This document shows, piece after piece, positions 26,269 through 39,109 of a DNA stretch of 64,000 nt; positions within the stretch are counted from its first letter, which is position 1, and every line of letters starts with the position of its first letter. A program made the position numbers and the translations under genes. Below the pieces are notes generated by a model, which saw only the letters and a program-made list of their open reading frames with translations, had not been told where the DNA came from and did no database searches. Source of the stretch: Cenococcum geophilum (lineage: Eukaryota); NCBI GenBank assembly GCA_050273025.1, contig CP158636.1:1488001-1552000 (forward strand), in the 5' to 3' direction.

Positions 26269-27339
26269 ATAGCTATATTAAGTTTTATTAGGACTTACTC
26301 TCTTAATAAAAAATCTTTGTAATACTATTACGTTATAGCGCTAGCGCTATGTAGCTATATATACGTCTCTATATTTACTTTAATAGTTTATTAGTATAAT
26401 TTTAATAAAATGCTAATAGTATTACTAGGTTTTTAAGCTCTACTATATAGAGATATAAAGGCTGATTTTATGGAGCTATATTACTTTAATATTATTAATA
26501 TTTAATTAAATAGTATATAATCTGCTTTAACATTTTATTTTACCTAGTAGTTATAAAGTAATAAACTTTTAATTAATATCTTTAGTAGTAGCTTTAAGTA
26601 AGCCATTTAATACGGCGAAATTTTTTTAATATTAATTAACGTCTTTAAAGGCTTTAAGGTATTAATAAAGCTTTAGCACCTTTATAATATTCTTAATTAA
26701 AAGCTTTATAAAAATTGGCCTTTATACCTCTATATAGTAGAGCTTAGGAACCTAGCAGCTACTATTAGCGTTCTATTAAAATCGTGCTAATAAACTACTA
26801 AAGTAAATATAGAGACGTATATATAGCAACATAGCGTCGGCTATTACGGACCTTATATTGGTAGTAATGCGACTACTAAGAATAGAAATAAATGGGTTGG
26901 TTAAAATAGTATAGGAGGCGCTAGAACCGATTAAGCTATAGGATAAGGGGTAGCTAAGTTATATAGTAAGTTATATTATAAGTTTAGAACGTAGAAACGT
27001 AGAAATATAGAAACGCGATATACTAACGTACTGACGTACTAACGTACTAAACTCTTTACTATAGGGAGGAGTTATATATTTAAGGACATACGGTCTCTAT
27101 AGATAGTTTCTCTTCTTATAGTAAATCTTAGAATATAATTAGAGTTAATCTGTTAGGCAACCGCTCCACTAATTATGTTTATATTATTAATTATTCTATA
27201 CCTATATACCTAGCCCATTAATAAGTCTACTGTAGTATTTCCTACAAGGCTTTATTACATCGGCGCTATGACGTAGTAGTAGTATAAAGATTTTTTGCTA
27301 GGAGGGTAAGCCCTAATAAAGGCTTAAAACGCGACCACT
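26269..27339. mobile_element. Long-TIR foldback non-autonomous element, right TIR interrupted by a solo LTR
   Basis: 26285-26475 is the reverse complement of 26705-26836 + 27264-27322. Outer ends approximate. Confidence 0.7.
26842..27259 (+). repeat. Solo LTR (same family as LTR 20862-21816)
   Basis: T(A)TTACGG...TTACA ends with 5-bp TSD TCGGC on both sides. Confidence 0.9.
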
Positions 27340-27646
27340 ATAATGTATATTAAATTGGCTATTTAAATATAGCATTTACTTCTAGCGTCTTCCCTTCCTC
27401 TTATATAGTATATAACTATAGTGTATGACATTTATACAGCATAGTAATTAAATTAATAAACCGTATACGCCCTAGGAAGTCTATAATAAGCCTTTTATTT
27501 CCTATTCTATCTAATAACCTAGATTTCTACGTGGTATTCCGCTCTTCTTTATACCTTAGTAAGGGACCTAGATTAAAGCCCTAGAGTAAAGCGCCTAGAT
27601 CCTTTTCTTTACGTCCCGCTATTCCCTTAAAGTGGAAATTATACTA

Positions 27647-29223
27647 TATTACGGCACTGCAGCGGATCTAGTTAGGGGCTTACTTAAGACTTCGTATATA
27701 TATATAGACGTCCTTTCTACCACCTTCTGCTTTTTAGCTTTACATCCTTATTAATAAACAATCTAATTATATAGGCTTGTATACGTTCTTTACGGCGCTT
27801 ATACCTTAATTAACTAAGTCCCGTAATATTATATTAAGCTCTCTAATTAAATATAGGTTGTGGTATTTAAGGTCTTAGACCGCATAGGCTGATTGTATAT
27901 ATATACGAGCAATACCTATAGCTTCTCCTAGGTTTACCCCAGGCTCGCGTTTTTCTTTATTTATTATCTTCTTCTTCTTTTTCTTTTACGGTAGATCTAA
28001 TATAGGCTTTTAAAGACTTATAGGCCTAGGTTGCATAGCTATAAGAGGATGTCTAATTTTTACGTTCTAATTTGACTACCCTCTCCTACCCTCTCCTACC
28101 CGAAACCCTCCCTTCCTAATCTAGAAAAGTTTAACGGACATTCCTATAAATTTAACACTTGGTTACTATTAATTAAGGCAAAGCTACGGGTTAATAATGC
28201 GGCTATTAGCGATATGGTTGCGCAGTTCTATTACGTATTTTTAAATCTTAATAGCAGTGTATAAGCAATGGTTCTCCCCTAGCTTGGATAAGTAGAAGAG
28301 TTTAAATACATAGAATTATAAAACAATTCTTAATTAGTTGGCGCGCGTCTATAATAACCTAAATAAAATTTAAGAGGTAGAAGATAAGCTATTATCCCTA
28401 CAATAAGGTACGGATTTAGTACCAACCTATATATTAAAATTTAAACGCGTTCTATACGAAGCACGTAGGTAGAATTGGCCAGATATTAACAAGATATTAA
28501 TATTTAGGAATGGGCTGAGCTCTATTATCCGCAGCAGGCTTAACTAATAGCTTAATTTGCCGTAAAGATATTCCGATTTTGTTTAAATTGTTTAATAGCT
28601 AGCTGGCTAATCGTCTTCTTATTCTACGGTGCAACCTTTTAGCAATAATAATAACTAACGTGGATCGGAGCTTACGGATATCGGTACTATTACGATCAAT
28701 TTAATCAATGTCCCTAGCCCTCAACCTCCACCCCCACGGTCTATAGGTCCCCGCGCTCAATCTATATTACTAGCTTGCCGAAGTTAATATAGATATAAAG
28801 GATGTTGCGTACACTGTGGATTATTTAGCTACTGGGTTAAGAACTGTCCATTACAGCTATATAGCTGCTCGCTGTGGCCATATAAGAAGTAGATAGGCAA
28901 GAGGACACCTGCTAGTAATTAAGGGTCAGACGAATTGGATATAGATTGGTCGGTTACAAAGGGGTGAAATTTGATCTATTTTAACCGTATAAGAGGTAGA
29001 TAATAAAGCCTAAGGGCAGGCTTTCTTAAAGGGGGGGGCGATGTTACGGTACCGTAACGGATCTAGTTAGGGGCTTGCTTGAGACTTGGTGTATATATAT
29101 AGACGTCCTTTCCACCACCTTCTGCTCCTTAGCTTAATATCCTTGTTAATAGACAATCCAATTATACAGGCTTGCATACGTTCCTTACGGCGCTCATGCC
29201 TCGATTGACTGAGTCCCGTAATA
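27647..29223 (+). mobile_element. Gag-only miniature LTR retroelement (1577 bp)
   Basis: 182-bp LTRs (27647-27828, 29042-29223); TSD TACTA; PPT; internal gag relic with zinc knuckle CVHCGLFSYWVKNC; no pol. Confidence 0.9.
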
Positions 29224-29956
29224 TACTATAAGCAGGAGAACCATAGGCGTATATATATATAGGGTATTTAGATAGGAGCTAGGGTAGGATAACTTAATTC
29301 TATAGCATTTATAAATTTAAATAGAAGTATAGTGTAAATAGTAGATAGGGTAATATAGGTAATCTAGAGATTAGTTTTAGTTTAAGAGACTGTCTCTAAG
29401 CGGTAACCTATGGTGCTTTTTCCTCCCGTTAATGTAGTATAGGTGCTACTTAGAGGGGTATACACTGTATTGCCACTTACGTCTCCCTTAGAGGTTTTTT
29501 TATACCTAACTTAACGGCATTTATAGACCTAGATAGGGACCACATTAAACATTAATTAAGAATAAATATATAATATCCTTAATTGAAAGATTTATTATAT
29601 ACGAATTAAATCGTTAAACCAGCTACTCTTAAGATTTCGGTTGGACCGAACCAAACCAATGAAGTAACCTAACCGCTGACATCACTGGTTCTACGTATCT
29701 TAATGTAATCCCAAGGTAGACAATAATGATGAAGCCGGAAGAATATAATGTGCATGATAAAGTATTAAGAAATTGTGCATCACTTGAAATTTGAGTGCTT
29801 ATTACAATTTCCAGTTTAGTAAATAGCTGAACAGTATTATTTGCCATATAGGTCATCATGGAATTGGACAAACGCTTGAAGATGGGTGATTGAGTATTAA
29901 GAAGTCGCCGATAATAAACAGGTAGCCTAGACCTGGATTGGATGAGTGTAAGGATA

Positions 29957-31821
29957 TTACCATCTCGCTTTAGTCCTGCGCTTCAATCTGATAGGCAATG
30001 ACTCTAAAAGAACAAACCAGAAATTTGTCGTCTTCCACTCTTTTTCTACCATTAGCTCAAACTGCTTACATGTTAGTCAAGCCCTTAGATATCTAAAGGA
30101 AAAAATAGATTAAGAGATGGTGGGTACAAACTTACATCATAGAGTAGAAATATGGTCGCTATCAACTTATACATTTCCAGATACGCGGCACTCTTTCCTG
30201 TACAGATCCTGCTACCATATCCGAAGGTAAAGTCAAGACCTTTCATTCGCGCATACCTCGCCTTGAACTCATCCTCAGGCTCCCCTTCCTTCCGCAGCCA
30301 CCGTTCTGGGACGAATGAATCCGTGTCTGGCCCGAACAGCTCTTCGCTGCGATTTGTCACCCACGCATTCATTCCAACCTTAGTCCCTTCGGGAAGGAAG
30401 CGGCCATCTAGCAAAGTCGATCCGCCACGCGGGACAACACGCTCTAAATGGAGCCCAATTGGTGGATGTATACGTAGACCCTCTTGGATGACAGCATCTA
30501 GGTATATAAGGCTCTGACAATCGCGCCAACTAACGGGGACTGTTGGATCTAAGCCGGCAGCGTCAAGCTCCTTCCTGAGCCTAGCGTACGCCTGCTGGTT
30601 ACGCAATGTATAGTAGACAATGGCAGACAGGGAAGTGCCAGTGGTATCGCTGCCAGCAACGATGTTCAGAAAAAGGTAGTTGACCACCTTATGATCGTCA
30701 TCTACAATGTCTGGGTAGGTTTTCTTGGCATCAATGAATTGATCAAGGAGGTCCGGTGCACGATCGGCATTGATGCCCGCTTCTCTTTGGGCATTCCTCT
30801 CTGCTACGGCAGCATAGGCTTGTTGGAATGCCCACAGGAAAGGTGGTGGGCCTGGTGTCGTGATGTTGTTAGAGATGAATTTATAGACTTTGTCTAGCAG
30901 AGGCATTTGAGAGCACTGAAGCATTCCAGAAGTTAGAATTTTGGAAAAGCCTTCACAAGCACAAACAAATTTTGACACGAGACAACTTACGATGCCGAAA
31001 TAGATTATTCCCGCCATGGAGTCTTTTATGAAATTATTAACATCTTCCCCTTTCTCCAAGTAACCTCGATGGACGCCAAATGTCATTTTATACAGCCCTT
31101 CGTACGCATCTAATGATGTTTGTTAACCCTGATCATCTAAACCTCTGCTCTTTTGTAATGCTTACACCAAAGTATCCATTTCTCCATTGCGATAGTTAAG
31201 CCTAAGCTCTCATCCTTCACAAACCTCGCCTCCATTTCATGGCAAAAGAGCTTGATGGTCTCGTCTACTCCAGGTTCAAAACTTGTTACCTTGGAGACAC
31301 TCATGATGGCCCTGATGGGCTTGACCATTTTTGAATGCCATTTATTATCGGTAGTTGCGAAAATATTAGATACTAGCTCGCCGTTCACGACAACATCGTT
31401 GGAAGAATACATGTTGCTCTGAAGTTTGAAAGCAGTTATTTAAAAGCGTGTTTTGGGTGAGTGTAGTTTCGCATACACTAGTTTACGTGACGTTCGGAAT
31501 AGGAAATGTGGCGTCCTGGGCTCTCACCTTCTTCCATGGCGACTTCGTGGAGTAAACAGTCTTGATCATATTTGGGTCACTAAGGCTAACGAAGTTCGGG
31601 CCCATCCGCACCGCGGTACCCAGTTTTCTATGTAGCTCGATCTGGTTGAGATGTGCGTGGCCGGTCCACCAGCTGTAGACACGCCATAGGTCGGTAAATT
31701 TGGCCCAGAACGGGCCAGGGATCGCCTTCAATGGGGAACGCAGGTAAGTGAAAACCAGGTAAGATAAAGGTGACACAGCAGCAAGCACGGCGGCTCGAAC
31801 CACAAGGTCGAAGAGAGCCAT
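29957..31821 (-). CDS. Cytochrome P450 monooxygenase (pisatin-demethylase/CYP57-like appearance), intact, 516 aa
   Basis: Exons 31821-31528, 31418-31166, 31109-30991, 30915-30136 and 30061-29957 with GT-AG introns total 1551 nt in frame. N-terminal TM, AGSDTT, EGLR (ExxR), PERW, FGYGSRICTG heme motif. Confidence 0.93.
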
Positions 31822-32204
31822 GGCAGGTGTCAATGAAGGGTGCATGCGAACCGAACAGGCGGGACGCGGGATGCAAGGCTCTTTATCCTTATCGAGCTGA
31901 GACTGCTTTTGTGTTAAGGCGACACACTAGGTCACGGTGCGAGGTGCATATTCCGGCTTCCCCGTGGGTCCCCTGCCGACCGTCTTCAGTGCAAGTCGTG
32001 AGCAATCAGCGCTGCCCACCAATGCAGCCAAGCCGCGGAACCGGGGGAAAACTCGCTTCAGTCTCGGGTGCAGCAGGGCAGCGGGGCCAAGCGATCCCAC
32101 ACTCCATAAGGCATACATAGGCAGGCCATCATGTACCTATCATCTATACTACATCTGCAGCGTTAGAATCTTGTCCAGTTATTCCCACCGGTTAATTTAC
32201 CGTG

Positions 32205-33808
32205 ATGGCCGACGCCCACCCTGCCGCATAGGCCGTTGAACCCGCTGAAACTGAGGAGTAGGCTGGCGATGGTGTTAAGGTCGATACCGAAGTAATACGT
32301 GCTCCATCTTTTACTCACTTTTTATATCTTCGAGTCTCTCATTTCCAATCTCGTTAAACGCGTTTTTTGTCCTTATTACATAAAATCTGGCCGTAGCCTC
32401 GCAGCCCGACTTTTTTCCGTTTTGGAGCCTCTAACTAACATAAGCTCAGACCGACTCGACCTACGGTGATGACTTATAAGGAAAACTACCTAAAGGTCTC
32501 GTAAAAGCAATCTAAAATTCTTCTATAGCACAAGTGAAACCGCTAGTATCTCTTCTTCTATCCTTTAGCATCAATTTAAGAATAGTCGTCGCTACTATGC
32601 CTATAAGGCCGGAAGTATGCCATCAATCCCACTCTTAACACATTATCTATAGAAATCGTGTATCCTACTAAGCTTGTTATGATAGCATATATTCTTCCAA
32701 ATGATAAAGAAGAATTAGATAGATTGGACGTGCACTATTATATCGCCCTGCTCCATCTAGATGGCGAGTTATATCTCGCCCTAATTAGAGAAAAACCAAG
32801 CCGCATTTTAGACCTTGGCACCGGTACAGGTATATGGGCTATAGATATAGGTAAGTCCACTGTAATAGACAAGCTCTGGCTAGCATAACTGGAAAGTCTA
32901 ATTAAATATAGGGGATAAGTTTGAGGATGCCACAGTACGAAGCTTTACAAAATCATTCCCTTATGTTAGAGTTCTTATCCGTAATAATATAGGTCATTGG
33001 AGTAGACTTAAGTCCTATACAGCCAAGCTGGTACGAAGGCTAGAGATATTTCCCGCGACTGTCAAGTCAAACTAATTGTTCTAGGGTTCCGCCTAAAGTC
33101 AAATTCGAGATAGATGATATCGAAGAGGAATGGAACTTCCGTAAACTATTTGACTTCATTTATTCACGTTATATGGCTAGTTTAATCCGGAATTGGGATA
33201 AATACATAAAGCAATGCTTTAAGTATGAAGACACATCAATTTCTACCCTCCTTTACTGATAAAACCCATCTAATAGCAACCTAAAGCCAGGGGGCTGGGC
33301 TGAGTTCAAAGACTGGGACGTCCGACCTTACACGTCGGAGGGGTCGCTAGAACTGCCCGATAATGCTATTAAGAAATGGCATGGCATTGTTCTTGACGTA
33401 TATGAATATAAAGTTGGCGCAACACCTAATCCGGGAATCTTCCTAAAACAGAAATTTACCGAGGCTGGCTTTATTAATATCGAAGAGAGAGTCTTTGAGG
33501 TACCTGTTAGCGCCTGGCCTAAGGACCCAAGGAAGAAATCGGTCGGCAAATACTACGGTGTGACGCTTTACGAGGGCGCTTCAGCCCTCTCCACGCGTCT
33601 TTTTACGCATTTTCTTAACTGGGAAATCGAAGAGGTTGAGGTTTTTAATGCGCAGTTTAGAGAGAATATGAAGACCTTCCAATTTTACCATAAATAGTAA
33701 GTATCCCACATTTTTCAGATACAAATCTTACTAATAGTTGGCTGCTTTAGCCATATAGTCTATGGACAAAAACCTCTAACTCTGGAAAGTAGTGCTGGGG
33801 TTTTATAA
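32205..33808 (+). pseudogene. SAM-dependent methyltransferase (LaeA-like/TAM family), multi-intron, with premature stops
   Basis: NSRRYYAY (=NGRRYHAY), PNDKEELDRLD, ILDLGTGTGIWAIDI, GVDLSPIQP, NLKPGGWAEF, WPKDP, YGQKP; in-frame TAG at 32229-31 and 32259-61. Confidence 0.85.
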
Positions 33809-34529
33809 GTCTGTTTTGGAACGGCATTCCAGAAAAATAAAACCTTTATTTTTGTTTTCTTTCCCTTTTAGCGTTTACTCTCTTTACAAACCATCTTACC
33901 CTTTAATAATTATTTGTAGTTAGCAATTTCTGCTTTTATAATTAAAATGAGCTTTTTATAGGCGTTAATGTATATAAGGAAGGCTGGGGACTTAGGGGAT
34001 ACTATTAAGCAAAATTAAAAAATAATTTTCTACCTCTATAGTCTTTAACGAAAACTCCCCTCACTAAGGTCTATTTCTGTCTTTGGACCTAAGCAGCCGC
34101 CGCTTTAACCTGAGCTAAGGGTGAGTAGCCCTGAGCACGCCCTAAGTATATAAGGGGTGCCTGGTTCTAGGCCCTTGGGGCCTAAATTTAGGAATCGGCT
34201 AAAGATGCCTAACATCGCCTTGTATTAAAATTTCGGCCAAGACTATTGCGGACTTAGCTACCCCTTAAAACCCATCGCTAACGTATTTACGCTTACCCCT
34301 TATCCTAATAACTAACGACTTCAGCTTAACTTATGTCCAGCTTTAAATCTCAGGTTATTATACCGCAATTATTATTATTAAGATTAATTAAAATACAAAA
34401 TATTCCTTATTAAATATTGTTTTGTTCTTTTAAGTATTTTAAGTAGCATTTCCATATTAACTTCTAGCTAACAACTGTATAGTTTCCCCCTTTACGTATA
34501 CCGCTCACAACCGCAAAACTATAAGGTAA

Positions 34530-36990
34530 TTAGCTAAAGGATTTGTACATACTCTTAAATAAACCTATAACACAAATAGCTAGAATAATTGGTTTAGGTA
34601 GGGCCTTTAGATGCTTTAGTAGTGGACTAGGGTATAGGTTGGAGAGGAGATCTAATAGACCTACTTTACCTAGTATAAACTTAAATGCTCCTTAGTTAGA
34701 CTACGCGGTACGGGCTTATAGGGGTATAGCTTAGCAAAGAGCAAACCGGATTGGATAGTGTTAGCTAGGTTTAGCCTAAGTTATATAGATTATTATACGG
34801 ACACGGCCTAATCCAGAGCAGAGGGGTTATATTAGTAGATCCCTACTATTTAGGCGAGTGGGGCGGGTATGGCCAATATAGATAAGATAATACTAACCTT
34901 AACTAGTTGGCAGAGCGGCGCAGATCTAAGGTAGGTATGGCTCTGAAGAGCGTAAGGGAGCTATAGTAAGGGGAATAGTGTTATATAGAGACGGCCTAAT
35001 ATAAAATAAGGGGGTATTAACGGCGCGAGCGTTTATGGATGGGCCGGATTAGACAAGTCTGGTATCTAGAAGTTAATTAAGTGGGGTAAATTTATATAAG
35101 CACTAATGGCGGACGACGCTGGGGTCGGATTTAACGAATTATGGCTCTTTTAGGCTGAACTACCCGCGTAAAGCTAAGGGGAATGGCTTAGTAATGTCCT
35201 TATATGGGTCTAACCGAGCGGAGCTGGCTTATATAGACGTGGCTTTAATTATAAACGTTAAGGTAGGATTGGATAGCTCTAGTCTCCGGAAGTTTATCTA
35301 CTTAGGCAACTTTATATAAGCACACTAGATAAAACTACGGGAATCTAACTAGATTATATAGTAGCGGCACTCTTTAACCTAAGTAAGTGGGGTAGGATTT
35401 TATAAAGCAGAGAGTATCTAGGTGTTATTAGATGGTGCTGGCCTTTATAAAGTTAAGAGGATTAAGCTAACTTATGGTTTGGTAAAGCATAAGGGGCCTA
35501 GATTAGGTAGAATTTACGGATTAACTAAAAAGACTAAAGTTATATAGAAACAGTACGGCGGATAAAGGGGCTTAAATTAGGTCGCGTAAGCTTTTACTAA
35601 CTTACATATTCTTAAAAGATTAATGCGGAAATAGACTTAAAAAAGGAGTAAAGGCTTAGATTAAATAATACTGGCTATTCTATATCGCCCTTATATAGAA
35701 GTATAGATTTATCTAATACTATAAGGGCAGGTTTTGGGCTTAAAGATTGAAAACTCCTATAGTAAGAGTATACTGCCTAACCTTTGGCAATCTGGCTAGC
35801 TAGATAGCTGCTATAGAACTTATAGAAAGTATATCTAGCGCTAATGACGCCGGCTACTCGATCTATATACTTTGGCGCTATAACGTATAAGGTTGTAACT
35901 GGACAGCTATGCGAAATTAATCTCTTTAAAGACCGGCCGCCTGGTAGCGGGGGGCCTCCTTAGTACGCAGAATATCTAGCTAGGTTCTATAATTAAGATA
36001 TACTAGACTAAGGGTGCTCTAAAATACGCGGGAGCTTTAATATAAGGGCCGGATTGGATAGTTCTAGTTTCCAGAAGTTAGATTAAGTAAGCAGATTAAT
36101 ATAAACACGGTTAATAGAGGATAAAGAGGTTAGATTAGATAGTGATAGGCCCTCCTTTAAGTTAAGTAAGTAGTATAGAATTATATAAGTACTATTAGGT
36201 GGAGAATACGGGGACTAGATTGGATAGTGCTAATCTCTATATACTAAGAGAGAGTTGTAATTTTATGCGGAAGGATTAGGAATCTATAGGATAAGGGAGC
36301 TTACTAGTTTTAATATAAGTAATACAATTCCGCAGGTACTAGACTATTGGAGAGAATTAATATATATATATATAGCCATTCCTATTAGCATTTATAAAGA
36401 ATTCTATAAAGGAGTTAGTATAGAAAAATAACTTTATATAATAGGTTATAACTCTACTAAATCATCTATAGTGTTATAGGCGTTCTTCTTGCTGGGATTT
36501 TTTACATCAATTCTTAGCCTAAAGCTTTAAGCTATATCTAAATAAATCTTTAATTAGCTAGTAAGTAAATAGGGCTACTACGCTAGCTTTATGCTGGATT
36601 GGTTTGCCTTTATAAAAACTATATCCTATATAATAATGCCGAATTCTAGAGGGTCTACTTAATAGTCTTAAACTTAACCTACGCCGTACCGTTATTAGTT
36701 ATAAAAGTATTGCCTTTATATACTAGATAGTGGGCGTCCTTTAAGGGAACTATTTCTAGACTTTTTAGTTTAAATAGACTTAGGAGTAGATTGGATAGTT
36801 AGATAGTGCTCTCTTTATAGGCTTACTAAGGGGTATAAGTTTATATAGAAGAATTTGGGAATCTAGGAGCTAGGTCACTTTAGATTCCTATAGGTATTGT
36901 ACTATTATCGACTTATTTAGTCTGCAGCGGTTAGTAGTTAGTATATCTGGGATAACGGTTAGGATCTTGCCGCCTTTGCTAGTTAGGTGG
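34530..36990 (-). pseudogene. Hypothetical low-complexity protein with dispersed internal repeats, RIP-degraded
   Basis: The motif (g/a)gattggatag recurs at ~34747, 35266, 36050, 36218 and 36788, with variants at 35046 and 36132. The minus strand reads as P/S/Q-rich sequence after de-RIPing. Confidence 0.4.
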
Positions 36991-37353
36991 CTGAGTACCT
37001 TATAGGAAGCTAAGTAGTAAGGAATTACTAAGGAAGCTTATATATATATAACCTAAGCTATAAAAACTAAAGTAATTTTCCCATTACCTGGAAACATCCC
37101 TGTAGTAATGCCGGTGCGTACTATCTACGCTTTAACTAGGATTTTAAAATTAGTAGACGTATAAACTTTGCTAATATCCTCTTAGCTATAACTTAGAGAT
37201 CTTACTAACCGGCTTAGCCTGTATAGATAGAGTTATATAGTATATATGCCTAAGCGTTTAGAGCTTTAGTTGTATCCTTCCTTATTAATATTATACTTAC
37301 TTTAAGTATAATAACAATATAAATATATATCTTACCCCCTCCTTCTAATTAGT

Positions 37354-39033
37354 ATGGCCTGCGGTTAAGTATAGCTATTAGCTTAAAGGTATAAGCGGAA
37401 GGTCTTAGTGCTAAAAGACTAAGGTACACATCCTTTACATTTAGTTATATCTCGCTAACTATTAATAGGAAAGTAGCCTTAAGGTATTAGAAAAGAAGGA
37501 GTATAGTAGCCTTTTTATTAAAGCGTATGTATCTAAGAGATACTATAACTCTAAGAAAGAAGCCTATCTAAGGATAGGCAGATATCTCTACAATTAAAAG
37601 ACTAAAAGTGGCGGCAAGAAGTTAAAGACCTAGTTAATCGTATTCCGGCCGAACCCTTTATAAAGCGACCGCGAACGTCTCTTATAGATGCTACTGTTAA
37701 GGGTATAATTGGCTAAGAAGTAGTAAGCATTATTAGCGACACGCAGATTAATCTAATTAATTATTAGAGGAAGGAAGGAACTTGGCCCAAAGAATACTTT
37801 AAGAAGTATAATAATATAAAACATCTACTTGTAAGGAAGAAATTGTTATTATCTTCCCTTTGCTAGAAACGATTGGAAGCTAGCTCTATTACGCCTAGCT
37901 CTACTATACCTAGTGATTAAAAGCCTAGGGAAGTTAAAAGCGCCCCCTACTAAGACGCGCGTTATAAAACTCTACTCGCGACTAAAGGGAGCTATATAGA
38001 TAAATCTAACCTAGGTATTACAGATCCAAGTAAGGCATTTTGCCAAAAATTACTTAAGAAAGAGTAAGCGGTTCCTTAGGATACATTATTTCGTAATAAT
38101 CTCTTTAAATTAGCTTATTAAAAAATATGAAATAGGAATAAGGCTAGAGTTATCCAAGATATTACTTAATTAGTTATTCCTTCTGCAGAAACCCTCGCTA
38201 TATATAGCGCCACCTCTCTTTAGTGCTTGGTTAAAAGCGTTAATAAAGGCTGGAATAATTTAATCCCTATTACTTAGACTCACCCGCAGCCCAATTATAC
38301 TATGGGATTTAGGCGAGAAGCGTTTATAGATAATTAGCTTAGTAAGCTTTAGCCCTTTATTAGCGAGCTTACGGACAACTCCTTCTTTATGGCTATATAC
38401 TACTAGTACTTCCCGTTCTTAACGTATAAAGTTAAGTATAGTGCTGCGGCACTTAATATTGCGGACCGGCAAAATGCCTATAGCATGACTCTTGCAGTAA
38501 GAGGTATTATTGAGCTCTTCCGACTTGTAAAGCGCGAAAAAGAGCTTTATTGAGAAATTCTCGCCTTCTTAATCTTATATAATTACCAGACCGTAAAAAT
38601 ATATAGCCACTACCCCGTAATTAATGGGCCTAAGACTACCTTCTACCGCCACCTAATCCGCATGTTTAACTTTACGGAATTAGATAAAAAAGAAAAATAG
38701 ACGGTGTATAAATTTACTAAGAATGTCTATAATGTATAAATACTGACTCACTTTAAAAGGCTCTGCTCGGTTGTTAATAAGTTACCCCCTAATTTAGATT
38801 TTAAGGTTTTACGGCAATTAGAACTATAGTTTTTAAAGGGTTTTAGACTTTTATAGGAGTTAGAAAGTCATTATCTCTTAGAATATAATGCTAATTTTAT
38901 ATCTTTACTTGGGGAATATAATAGTTAGTTAGATCTATAAGACGATACTCTAGATACTTCTATAACTAAAGGAACTAAGTAGGCCATATTTAAAAGGCTA
39001 AAGAAAAGGCGTGCTGTAGAAGAGGGGCGCTAA
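37354..39033 (+). pseudogene. Conserved fungal DUF7924-like protein, RIP-degraded
   Basis: EGTWPKEYF, KPREVKSAPY*DARY, HPQPNYTMGFRREAF, YFPFLTYKVK...IADRQNAYSMTLAVRG. Family name is recalled, not searched. Confidence 0.75.
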
Positions 39034-39109
39034 GGAATAAACTTAAGGACGGCTATAAGACTGGTTAAACCGTTCTGGATATATCTAAGGACCCGTAATA
39101 AGGCGTACT

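Noticed and set aside
30152..32239. Several plus-strand and overlapping short ORFs
   Set aside because: Antisense or alternative frames of the P450 and its GC-rich promoter region, with no motifs.
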